30,770 bases of DNA from Candidatus Thorarchaeota archaeon (lineage in GTDB: Archaea > Asgardarchaeota > Thorarchaeia > Thorarchaeales > Thorarchaeaceae). Under the pieces are notes generated by a model. That model was not told where the DNA came from. It made no database searches and saw only the letters and a list, made by a program, of their open reading frames with translations. The position numbers and the translations under genes were made by a program. Below are positions 1 through 8,463 of this stretch, piece by piece. Where the stretch lies: assembly GCA_048884785.1 (NCBI GenBank), contig JBHLQM010000039.1, positions 1 to 30,770 of the forward strand, given 5' to 3'. Within the stretch, counting starts at the first letter, position 1, and each line of letters starts with the position of its first letter.

Positions 1-537
1 TCTCTCGACCTTGCACCTCTTGCCAAATGTGAAAAGATGAAATTCCTCTATCTGCATCATAATGTACTAAGGGAAATAAACTTGGGTCCGGCAGCAAACT
101 GGAAAGACCTTAGAATTCTCCGTCTTGGCGGCAATGAACTTGAGAGCATTGATTTAACTCCATTATCAAATGCTCATGAATTAAGGCGTCTGGGACTGGC
201 AATGAATAGGATTTTGAGGCTTGATTTGGAACCTCTTTCAAACTGCCCTGAATTGCGAGCATTGGATCTGGCTGGCAACCGATTGAGAGAACTCGACCTT
301 GGTCCGCTAAGGAATTGCAAGGCACTTGAGGAATTATATTTGTATAGCAAGCATCCAGAAGAGAATGAATTCGAAACACTGGATATCAGTCCCCTTTTCA
401 ATTGCGTAGATTTGGAGGATTTTGGAGTTCCTAGTGATACTGAACTTATAGCAAGATCTACTCTCAAGAAAAAGAAGAATATTCCATATGCAATAGAAGA
501 ATTAATCGAAGACAAGAGGATTCGTTGGACTGATTGA
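1..537 (+). CDS. Leucine-rich repeat protein, 5'-truncated by the window edge
   Basis: Frame 1 is open from base 1 (SLDLAPLAKCEK precedes the track's ATG at 37). At least five tandem 24-aa LRRs of form xxDLxPLxxCxxLxxLxLxxNxLx. TGA at 535-537. Confidence 0.9.
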   Translation, partial: SLDLAPLAKCEKMKFLYLHHNVLREINLGPAANWKDLRILRLGGNELESIDLTPLSNAHELRRLGLAMNRILRLDLEPLSNCPELRALDLAGNRLRELDLGPLRNCKALEELYLYSKHPEENEFETLDISPLFNCVDLEDFGVPSDTELIARSTLKKKKNIPYAIEELIEDKRIRWTD

Positions 538-626
538 TGTCCGAATCATTTGTATGCACCCATTTTTAAGCAAAGGCATCCTTGAATATTCACACGCCAA
601 TTTATTCATCGTGGGATGCGGGGTCA

Positions 627-850
627 TGGACAAAAGAAGAAAGGAAATGGAACGGCTGGCTAAACTCTACATAGAATATTTGAATGGGCCATTTGGGAAG
701 AACGTGTTGGCAAGATTGAAGGAAGGTGAAAGCTTCACCATTCTCTCAAAGTACGAATTATTGAGGGTTACAAAAGAGCAGGGCAAGGCAGTGGTTTTAG
801 TGGAAGACCGAATAGGAGTCGAGGGTCCTGTACAGGAGTTCAGCTCATAA
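627..850 (+). CDS. Small hypothetical protein (~74 aa, MDKRRKEMERLAKLY...)
   Basis: Fills the gap between the LRR and PDO genes. The second ATG near 627 follows a G-rich GCGGGG stretch and looks a better start than 554. No family recognised. Confidence 0.6.
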
Positions 851-878
851 CAGGTGTGAATTGTCCTCAACTCCAAGA

Positions 879-886
879 TTTAAAAA
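879..886 (+). promoter_or_regulatory. Putative TATA box of the PDO gene
   Basis: TTTAAAAA lies 34-41 nt upstream of ATG 920, with an AGGTG SD-like motif near 908. Confidence 0.45.
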
Positions 887-919
887 TTCTGAATTTCACC
901 TCAAAACAGGTGTAGCAAA

Positions 920-1567
920 ATGGTAGTTGAGATGGATTTAGCAACCAAGGAACAGGTTCGCGTAATGTTTTCGGCTTTGAAAGATGAAGTCACAGCTCAT
1001 CTTTTTGTAAAAAATCATGATTGCCTATACTGTGGTGATACGGCGGATCTCATAAATCAGGTGGCAGACCTATCTGAAAAGGTCAATGTTGTAAAGCATA
1101 CGGATGAAATTGGCAAGGGTGAAACTGCAAAGATGGGTGTTAAAGTTCACCCGACAATTGTGCTGCATGGCAAGGGAAAATACAAAGTGAGATTCCTCGG
1201 CATTCCTGCAGGTCATGAGTTTGGTGCCCTTATCGCAGGAATTGTAGCTGTTTCAACCGGTTCAGTCCCTCTTGAACCTGACATTATCGAAGATATTAAG
1301 GCAATTGACAAGCCGCTACATATCCAAGTTTTCACAACTCCTCAGTGTCCATATTGTCCAAACATGGTGAGACTGGCACATTACGCCGCAATTCTCAATC
1401 CAAATATTGAAGCAGATATGGTTGAGGCACTAGAGTTCCAAGACTTAGCTACGAAGTATCAAGTATTTGGAGTTCCAAAGACTATCATTAATGAAACGGT
1501 TCATCTTGAGGGTGCCGTACCTCCAGAGGTTTTTGTCGAGAGGCTCTATGATGCCATAGAGAAGTAG
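920..1567 (+). CDS. Protein-disulfide oxidoreductase (PDO; AhpF-N-terminal-like, two thioredoxin folds)
   Basis: Two CxxC motifs (CLYC, CPYC), the RFLGIPAGHEF signature, and the cis-Pro motif GVPKT. Confidence 0.92.
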   Translation: MVVEMDLATKEQVRVMFSALKDEVTAHLFVKNHDCLYCGDTADLINQVADLSEKVNVVKHTDEIGKGETAKMGVKVHPTIVLHGKGKYKVRFLGIPAGHEFGALIAGIVAVSTGSVPLEPDIIEDIKAIDKPLHIQVFTTPQCPYCPNMVRLAHYAAILNPNIEADMVEALEFQDLATKYQVFGVPKTIINETVHLEGAVPPEVFVERLYDAIEK

Positions 1568-1624
1568 TCAACAGAAATCACAGATATAGGAGCGCGAAAC
1601 AGTTCCAGGTTCGTCCCGAATCTT

Positions 1625-2560
1625 CTACTGCTGGCAAGTGTAAACGAATTCGTTTTCATTAATGTACTTGTATGCCTGGTATGCGGCATGAACGCCTTCT
1701 GCAACTCCAGTGATTGCCTGCTTGAATTCAGTATCAGCAACATCTCCAGCTGCGAATATACCATCAATGTTTGTACGACTTGACCTATCAATTATAATTT
1801 CCTTCTTGTCGTTCACTTTAACCCCCAGTTTTGTTGCCAGCTCGGAGTACGGAATCCCGCCTATTGCAATAAACACTCCATCCAGCTTCAGATTGCTTGA
1901 TCCCGCATATGGTTTATCGAGCTTCACACCAGTCACTTTTTCATTACCAATAATCTCTGTCACATTTGCCTCTGTGATTACTTCAATCTTTGACTCTCTC
2001 TCAATCCGTTTTGCATTTACTGGTTCAGGTCGTATTTTCTCTCTCCGATATATGATGTATACCTTTGAACAGTACTTTGCGAGGAGTAATGCTTCTTTTG
2101 CGGCACTGTCACTCCCGCCCACAACTGCGACCACTTTGTCTTTGAACAGCGGCGCATCACAGAGCGCGCAATAGCTGACTCCTTTGTTTCTCATTTCATC
2201 ATGGCCTGGAACCTCAAGCTCACGTTCCTTCATTCCTGTGGAAATGAGAATCGATTTTGCCAAGAATGTCTTTTTGTCGGTAACAACATAGAAGAGTCCC
2301 TGTTCATCACGAAAAACATCTTCCACTTTCCCTGACTCAATGTAGACTGGATAGGATTCTGCATGGGCTCGTATATTATTGGCTAATTCTTGACCCGTAA
2401 GCTGCTTGAACCCCGGATAATTCGCAACATCATCCGTGAGTGTTATTGTACCTCCGTCGACGTCCCCAATTACTGCTACGGACAATTCCATGCGTGCAGC
2501 ATACATTGCTGCGCCATATCCAGTTACTCCAGCTCCTATTATCACTAAATCATACATCAT
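1625..2560 (-). CDS. trxB: Thioredoxin reductase (low-Mr, NADPH type)
   Basis: FAD motif IIGAGVTG, active site GVSYCALCD, pyridine-nucleotide motif VVGGSDSA followed by YRR, and GIFAAGD. Confidence 0.92.
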   Translation of the reverse strand: MMYDLVIIGAGVTGYGAAMYAARMELSVAVIGDVDGGTITLTDDVANYPGFKQLTGQELANNIRAHAESYPVYIESGKVEDVFRDEQGLFYVVTDKKTFLAKSILISTGMKERELEVPGHDEMRNKGVSYCALCDAPLFKDKVVAVVGGSDSAAKEALLLAKYCSKVYIIYRREKIRPEPVNAKRIERESKIEVITEANVTEIIGNEKVTGVKLDKPYAGSSNLKLDGVFIAIGGIPYSELATKLGVKVNDKKEIIIDRSSRTNIDGIFAAGDVADTEFKQAITGVAEGVHAAYQAYKYINENEFVYTCQQ

Positions 2561-2802
2561 TAAGCCCCCAAAGAACGTCGCATTCGCCTTTCCGTCCTTC
2601 TATCGAATCCCACAAACACCTCACCAGAAACAATGGCAACAGGGATTCCCTTCTGCTGCGTCTTTTCAAATACCTCTGCAACTGTTTCCGGATTTATAAG
2701 GATACATTTCTCTTGATATTCAACACCAACTTCTTTGAGAAATTCCTTCAATTTCATTGAATGCGGGCATTTTGGTGCAGTGTAGACTGTTATCTTTGGC
2801 AT
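2560..2802 (-). CDS. Glutaredoxin/NrdH-like protein, monothiol (CPHS)
   Basis: VYTAPKCPHS, GIPV cis-Pro motif and FVGFD. Its stop overlaps the trxB start (TAATG). Confidence 0.88.
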   Translation of the reverse strand: MPKITVYTAPKCPHSMKLKEFLKEVGVEYQEKCILINPETVAEVFEKTQQKGIPVAIVSGEVFVGFDRRTERRMRRSLGA

Positions 2803-2977
2803 AGGAATATCTTCCTTTTCTTACTGGACCTGATGCGATTGCAATGATTTCAACATTGATATAGATTGCGTCAGCTGATGTTTCTGAGGGGTGTTTTCAG
2901 GACAAACAAGGATTCTTTATGATAGGTAGTGTCTTTGGGATTTGGGAAAGAGCTTCAGAATATGGTGTTAGGTAACA

Positions 2978-5900
2978 ATGTCTGCGAGTCAAGGAATTCC
3001 CAACATAGAAGTAGGATATGCATCTGTCAGAGGCGATGATCCCTTTTCAGTTGGAGTAGAGGTTGCCTCAAAGGCTATTGAGGATATAACAGACCATCCC
3101 CTTTCAATATTACTTGTCCATATCAAGAGTGAGCAAAGTATTCATGAAGTCCTCCAAGGTATATCAACCATTACAGAAGATGTTCCAGTAATGGGATCCT
3201 CATCTTCACCTCGTCAAGGGAATCAAGACCAAATCGAGGCGAGTGCCTTCGCTATTGCGTCACCTTTCATCGCTATCAGTGTTAGCGTTGGAAAAGGTTT
3301 CTCGAATGATACTCAGAAAACCGTTGCGCAGGTTCTGAAATCTACAGAAGTGTCCAAATATTTCGATCCTACTCAGGAAGAGATGTGGCGGGAACTTGTT
3401 GGTATCGGCAAGACTGTCTTTGGCATCATACTTGCAACCGAGGACAAAGAGAATCCTTCAGATATTATGACTGATATGCTTCGAGAATTTAGAAAAAGGT
3501 CAGAAAACCGCATAGCGTTTGTCGGGGGAGCAACTCTGGGAATCTCAGGCGGTAAGTTGGGACAAGTTATCTATAATCGCAATGCCTACAGCGATGCAAT
3601 TCTCTTGGCGATAATTGAAACTAATCTACGTGTTGGGTCAGCTATGGCTCATGGTTTTTCTGATACTGGAGAAGTTCTTAGAATATCAGAATCAAAAGGC
3701 AATCTCGTAACCAAGGTAAATAACAGACCTGTAATCGAATTCATAAAATCAAGGCGTTCATCTACGGGCGTGACATTGGGGATAGCTGATGCATATGGAA
3801 GCTGTAGGCATGTACTTGTTGATCAGGCGCCAGATCAGAAATCTTTGAAAATGACAAAACAGTTTCCCAAAGGAACTGAGCTTGTAATACTTGAATCGGA
3901 GGGGAATGATCTACAAGAAGCAGGAATGGACGCATTCAACAAGTCGGTAATTCGAGGTAATATTGAGAACCCAATTCTCACACTTGTGTTTTCAAATATT
4001 TATCGGCGGGCGATTTTATCTAATAATTCTGTTGATGAATTAGGCCCTATTAGACAAATGCGGCCCAGTATGCATGTTGTAGGTTTTGATACAGGGTTCG
4101 AGATTGGTCTGAGTGATGATGGTATCAATCTAGTCAACAATAGAAGCGTATCGATAATCACTCTCGGCCAAAACCTTTCATATGCAGCTGAGGTAGCAAT
4201 ACAGAACAAGGAACTCTTGGGTCGAGTTTCGGCAGCCGAAGCGAGTCAGAGAGCCTTATTGGACCTAATGCCTGACGCAATATTGGCCACAAATAGGTCC
4301 CTCAAGATTACACACTGGAACCCTCAGGCGCAGCAATTACTCGGCCAGACTCGTGATTCATCTATGGGGCTAAATGTAGCCAGTATACTTCACCCACGCC
4401 TAAGATGGATTTTGGAAAACACCACGACTACCTTGCAAAATAAGGGCGAAGCTAGCTCTACTTCTTTTGAGGCCGAGGTGATAAAGGCAGACAATTCCAT
4501 GATTCCTGTTGAAGTAACGGTTTCATTCAATCCTCACCAAGAGCGTTATGCGTTTGTGATTGCGATTCATGATATTACAGAACATAAGACAAGTGAAGCT
4601 ATACTCGACCGCGAGAGAAAAGCATACAAAGCAATTGCAGAAGCTGCGATTAATACCGCAACAATTGAAGATCTCTGCAAGGTCACACTTCAAGGAATAA
4701 TGGATACTCTTGGATATGATATCGGGACAATACGCCTTTTCAACGAAAAAAACCAATCCCTAATTCTGACAGCTTGTAGCGGAATCAATGAAGACGAAGT
4801 TGAAGATGAGCTATTTGTTCGCCCATTTAGCGAGTCGGGGTATCTTGGTTCGGATAGCGCGTATAAGATGGAATCAATATTCTCACCAAACACGAGAAAA
4901 GATGCTAATCTAATCGGAAGAAGCGAACGACTTGAAAAAATGGGAATAGAAGCAGTTGTGATATGGCCGTTGAAATCATCAACAGGTTCAATTCTCGGGG
5001 TTCTGAATATCGCATCATATACCTCAAAGGATGATACAGAAGAATCGCGGATATTCTTTGAAGTCCTCGCAAATATGTTCGTCACGGTTCTGGAGAGAAG
5101 AATAACATCGGAGGCATTGGCTGAAAGCGAGGTTAAGATAAGAACAATTCTTCAATCGATGAGAGATCTAGTATTTGTTTTTGATGGAAATGACAATTAT
5201 GCAGAGTTCTATTATTCGGATCCATCATTGCTCTATGGCGATCCTGATGAGATAAAGGGAAGACATCTCTCAGAGGCTCTTCCTCCATCTGTTGCGAATG
5301 AAATCATCAGAACTGCAAAACGTGTGAGGGAAACCAAAAAGCCGCAGAATATTGACTACTGCTTGGAGATTCATGGTAGAAAGCTGTGGTTCTCTGCAAA
5401 CATATCTCTCCACGAAGATGGTGAGAGTGTTGTATCAGTTTCTAGGGATATAACTGCAAGAAAAGAAGCGGAATCAGCTCTCGCCAGGAGACTCGAGTAT
5501 GAAAAAGCTCTCGCAAATATATCACAATCATTGTTGATGGAGAGAGAAGAAGGAAAAGAGGCAATACGATATGCTCTTCAGGTTCTGAGAGAAATCACTA
5601 GTACAGCACGAGTGTACATCTTTGAGAATACCGGAGATGACGTTGAAGGATTATCGATAAGACTGATGGAGGAAAGCGCTGCTCCTGAGATACTCGAAGA
5701 AAATGTACCCTACCAAGAAAGAATTGTTGAGTATAGAACGGGGCACTCGAGATGGAGTAAAGAACTCTCGCAGGGCAAAACAGTTGCAGGAAGACTATCT
5801 GATTTTCCACATGGAGAAAAACCTCCAATGATTGATTTTCGGTCAAAATCTGTTCTGATGCTACCTATTTGGGTTCAGGGGAAATGGTATGGATTCATGG

Positions 5901-6652
5901 GATTTGACGATACAGGAAATGAAAGAAACTGGACAGACGATGAAATAAGACTCTTGAGAACAGCCACAGAAATGATATCCAACTACATTGGTAGAATATC
6001 TGCAGAGGCAGAACTCAGGTCATCATTGCGCGACTTAGAGCTCTACTCCTCCATTTTAAGACACGACTTCGCGAACGATATTATGTTGATACTCAATCAA
6101 ATTGAGGCTAGCGAGATTCTGGGTCTGGATGAACAGCAATTAATCGCAATAATGGAAACATCAAAAATTGCAACGGATAGAATGGCACAGGTTCTTTCTG
6201 TATTCCGTGCGGAGAACATTCAATCCATAAACCGTGTTGGTGACCTTCTTGAAGTGGTTGTTGAGCAGGCAGAGAAAGCTCATCCGACAATCAAAATCAC
6301 ATTGCAGATTGGTGATGATTTAGGCAATGCCCAAATCTCTGGGGGGCGTTTATTGCCGATGGTGTTTTCGAATTTGGTCAGGAATGCTGAGGAATATGCA
6401 GGAGAGAATGCCGAGCTGACAATCACTGTTAATGCGTTTGAGACGAACCTTGAATTCCTGGTTGATGATAATGGACCGGGCGTCGATCCATCCATCAGGG
6501 ATAGTCTTTTCCAAATTGGTGCATCAACCAGCGGTGGAGGCTTGGGACTGTATCTCTGTAAAAGGGTTATTGAAGGGTATAGCGGAACAATGGAATATGT
6601 TGACACTGAAGATGTTGGTGCTAGATTTCGCATCACCCTACCAATAGCCTAA
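2978..6652 (+). CDS. Soluble sensor histidine kinase: FIST(N+C)-PAS-GAF-PAS-GAF-HisKA-HATPase
   Basis: FIST-like motifs (FVGG, AHGF, GFDTGFEIG); PAS motifs (WNPQA...HDITE; RDITARK); GAF motifs (WPL...GVLNI; LPIW...GFMGFD); H-box LRHDFAN; N-box FSNLVRNA; DNGPG; GGGLGL. No transmembrane segment seen. Confidence 0.9.
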   Translation: MSASQGIPNIEVGYASVRGDDPFSVGVEVASKAIEDITDHPLSILLVHIKSEQSIHEVLQGISTITEDVPVMGSSSSPRQGNQDQIEASAFAIASPFIAISVSVGKGFSNDTQKTVAQVLKSTEVSKYFDPTQEEMWRELVGIGKTVFGIILATEDKENPSDIMTDMLREFRKRSENRIAFVGGATLGISGGKLGQVIYNRNAYSDAILLAIIETNLRVGSAMAHGFSDTGEVLRISESKGNLVTKVNNRPVIEFIKSRRSSTGVTLGIADAYGSCRHVLVDQAPDQKSLKMTKQFPKGTELVILESEGNDLQEAGMDAFNKSVIRGNIENPILTLVFSNIYRRAILSNNSVDELGPIRQMRPSMHVVGFDTGFEIGLSDDGINLVNNRSVSIITLGQNLSYAAEVAIQNKELLGRVSAAEASQRALLDLMPDAILATNRSLKITHWNPQAQQLLGQTRDSSMGLNVASILHPRLRWILENTTTTLQNKGEASSTSFEAEVIKADNSMIPVEVTVSFNPHQERYAFVIAIHDITEHKTSEAILDRERKAYKAIAEAAINTATIEDLCKVTLQGIMDTLGYDIGTIRLFNEKNQSLILTACSGINEDEVEDELFVRPFSESGYLGSDSAYKMESIFSPNTRKDANLIGRSERLEKMGIEAVVIWPLKSSTGSILGVLNIASYTSKDDTEESRIFFEVLANMFVTVLERRITSEALAESEVKIRTILQSMRDLVFVFDGNDNYAEFYYSDPSLLYGDPDEIKGRHLSEALPPSVANEIIRTAKRVRETKKPQNIDYCLEIHGRKLWFSANISLHEDGESVVSVSRDITARKEAESALARRLEYEKALANISQSLLMEREEGKEAIRYALQVLREITSTARVYIFENTGDDVEGLSIRLMEESAAPEILEENVPYQERIVEYRTGHSRWSKELSQGKTVAGRLSDFPHGEKPPMIDFRSKSVLMLPIWVQGKWYGFMGFDDTGNERNWTDDEIRLLRTATEMISNYIGRISAEAELRSSLRDLELYSSILRHDFANDIMLILNQIEASEILGLDEQQLIAIMETSKIATDRMAQVLSVFRAENIQSINRVGDLLEVVVEQAEKAHPTIKITLQIGDDLGNAQISGGRLLPMVFSNLVRNAEEYAGENAELTITVNAFETNLEFLVDDNGPGVDPSIRDSLFQIGASTSGGGLGLYLCKRVIEGYSGTMEYVDTEDVGARFRITLPIA

Positions 6653-6656
6653 GAAA

Positions 6657-7010
6657 TCAGGACACTTCTTTTTCAGGGTCTGTTTCAGTAGGTTCCAGAA
6701 ATTCATCTGGAGAAGTCCAAATATGCCGAGGTGATATGACTAATCTGATAACGAAACGGTTGCTAATCCCCTCAATAAGGCCTTCATCGCAAACAACACC
6801 ACTCCCTTTGTCTTTTGAACCAAGCAGCCTTACTACTTGCTCTTTGTGAGGATTGAATCGACCCTCATTAGCAAGTACATTGAGTTCATCTTCGCTATTA
6901 TCAATTCCACCCCTACCTCTAATATGCCATCTCCCCTTTGCACTCTCGTCTAGAAGGTCTTTCAAAGTTAATACTGCCGAGGTTCTATTGCGAACAAGAT
7001 AGGACTTCAT
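6657..7010 (-). CDS. Hypothetical protein (117 aa)
   Basis: Non-overlapping ORF with an upstream AGGGATGG SD-like sequence. No family recognised. Confidence 0.65.
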   Translation of the reverse strand: MKSYLVRNRTSAVLTLKDLLDESAKGRWHIRGRGGIDNSEDELNVLANEGRFNPHKEQVVRLLGSKDKGSGVVCDEGLIEGISNRFVIRLVISPRHIWTSPDEFLEPTETDPEKEVS

Positions 7011-7061
7011 GAAACCATCCCTTTCAACACATCAAGTTTGGATAGAGTTATTCACAACGAA

Positions 7062-7067
7062 TTATAA
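7062..7067. promoter_or_regulatory. Palindromic TTATAA, possible shared TATA box of divergent genes
   Basis: Lies in the 94-bp gap between the starts at 7010 (-) and 7105 (+). Confidence 0.4.
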
Positions 7068-7104
7068 GCTGCCTGTCTTTTGATATTATTGGGAGAAACA
7101 ACTC

Positions 7105-8463
7105 TTGACTCGAGTATCTATATCTTGTAGGTCCTCTGGCAAGGTTAATTCCTATTCATTCAGCAGTTCATCATTCAGGCTATGGCTTAGAAATGAAGAG
7201 ATAGAGGAAATTGACCTGAAGCAAGCACTGGATTTCCCAAATCTGAAAGAGATCTATTTAGACAATAATATGCTTCGGGCAATCGATTTGACCCCATTAG
7301 CAAGTTGTCAGAAATTGGAAGTCCTCAGTTTTGCTAACAATATTCTCGAATCAATTAATCTATTTCCTCTTACTCGTTGTTCTAATCTGAGATGGCTATC
7401 ATTATCCAACAATCGACTTACTTCTCTGAACCTCACGCCACTATCGCGATGCTCTCGATTGGAAAATCTTTACCTCTCAGGTAATGAATATAATACATTA
7501 GATCTAAAACCTCTTAGAAGATGCACTGAACTGAGAGAAATTACAGTTTCTCAAGATGATGACGGCGGATTTTTGACACGTGATGCAGCGATTAATATTA
7601 GCCACTTGGCACTCCTAAAAAAATTGAGTAAACTCACAATTTCAAAAAGCCATCCAGTAACCATGTCACTTCTTTCTAATCGATTTCAAAGAATTCCAGA
7701 CACCGTAGCTCAATATCTCAATCAGGAAACATACATTTCAATTGAAGATATAGTGTCAAATCGAATTGAACGCTCAGGTAGAAAGAATGCTATTGCATCA
7801 TTGGAAGAAGAGATTGAGAATCTTGATCCTCAGTATTGGTTGCCGTTGAGAAAGGATTTCCTAAAGCCACTTGGACTTGAGGTGCTAGCAGGACATGATG
7901 GAGATCTCTCACTTCTTTTTGATGACTCTTCGCATCCTAAGAATTGGAGAGATGAAGTGATCCATAGGGCAGCAAATGCAATTGAGAATGGCTCGCTTTC
8001 CACTCTTTATAATTTGGACGAGTTTGATGATGCTAATGCAAACCTAGTGAAACTGAAAGCAGCCATTCTTGAAAGCAGGAGCAATGAAATCAAGTATCCT
8101 AAAGTCTATGTCTGTGAGCGCTGTGCCGACTTGCGGGAGATTTGGTATACTGCGTGGGGCCTAAAAATCCTGACAGAGCTGCGACACTGGATCTTTGCCA
8201 CCTCTGGACCTGATCTTATAGAATTGCGAGATATGCTTAGGCAAATTGGATTCGATTTAAGATTCACACCTGTTAAGCTTCGAGAGCCTTGGCCAAAGGC
8301 CGCAAATGAACCATCTCACCTGGTGAAACGTGCCATCTTGGGCTCTGCTGAAAGAACAACGAGCAATGAGATGAAGACTAAAGCCACAAAGTGCATATTG
8401 AGCTCTGAAATACATCCTCTGAGAGGGGAGCTTGAGAATATTATTCTAGACATCTATGGGTGA
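7105..8463 (+). CDS. Leucine-rich repeat protein with helical C-terminal domain
   Basis: TTG start. About five 24-aa LRRs (e.g. AIDLTPLASCQKLEVLSFANNILE) of the same class as the gene at 1-537. The C-terminal region contains CERC-ADLREIWYTAWG. Confidence 0.88.
   Translation: MTRVSISCRSSGKVNSYSFSSSSFRLWLRNEEIEEIDLKQALDFPNLKEIYLDNNMLRAIDLTPLASCQKLEVLSFANNILESINLFPLTRCSNLRWLSLSNNRLTSLNLTPLSRCSRLENLYLSGNEYNTLDLKPLRRCTELREITVSQDDDGGFLTRDAAINISHLALLKKLSKLTISKSHPVTMSLLSNRFQRIPDTVAQYLNQETYISIEDIVSNRIERSGRKNAIASLEEEIENLDPQYWLPLRKDFLKPLGLEVLAGHDGDLSLLFDDSSHPKNWRDEVIHRAANAIENGSLSTLYNLDEFDDANANLVKLKAAILESRSNEIKYPKVYVCERCADLREIWYTAWGLKILTELRHWIFATSGPDLIELRDMLRQIGFDLRFTPVKLREPWPKAANEPSHLVKRAILGSAERTTSNEMKTKATKCILSSEIHPLRGELENIILDIYG

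Noticed and set aside
1568-1624. GC-rich imperfect hairpin between convergent PDO and trxB, considered as a SECIS element
   Set aside because: Neither gene has an in-frame TGA (both end in TAG). It is more simply a terminator-like or chance structure.
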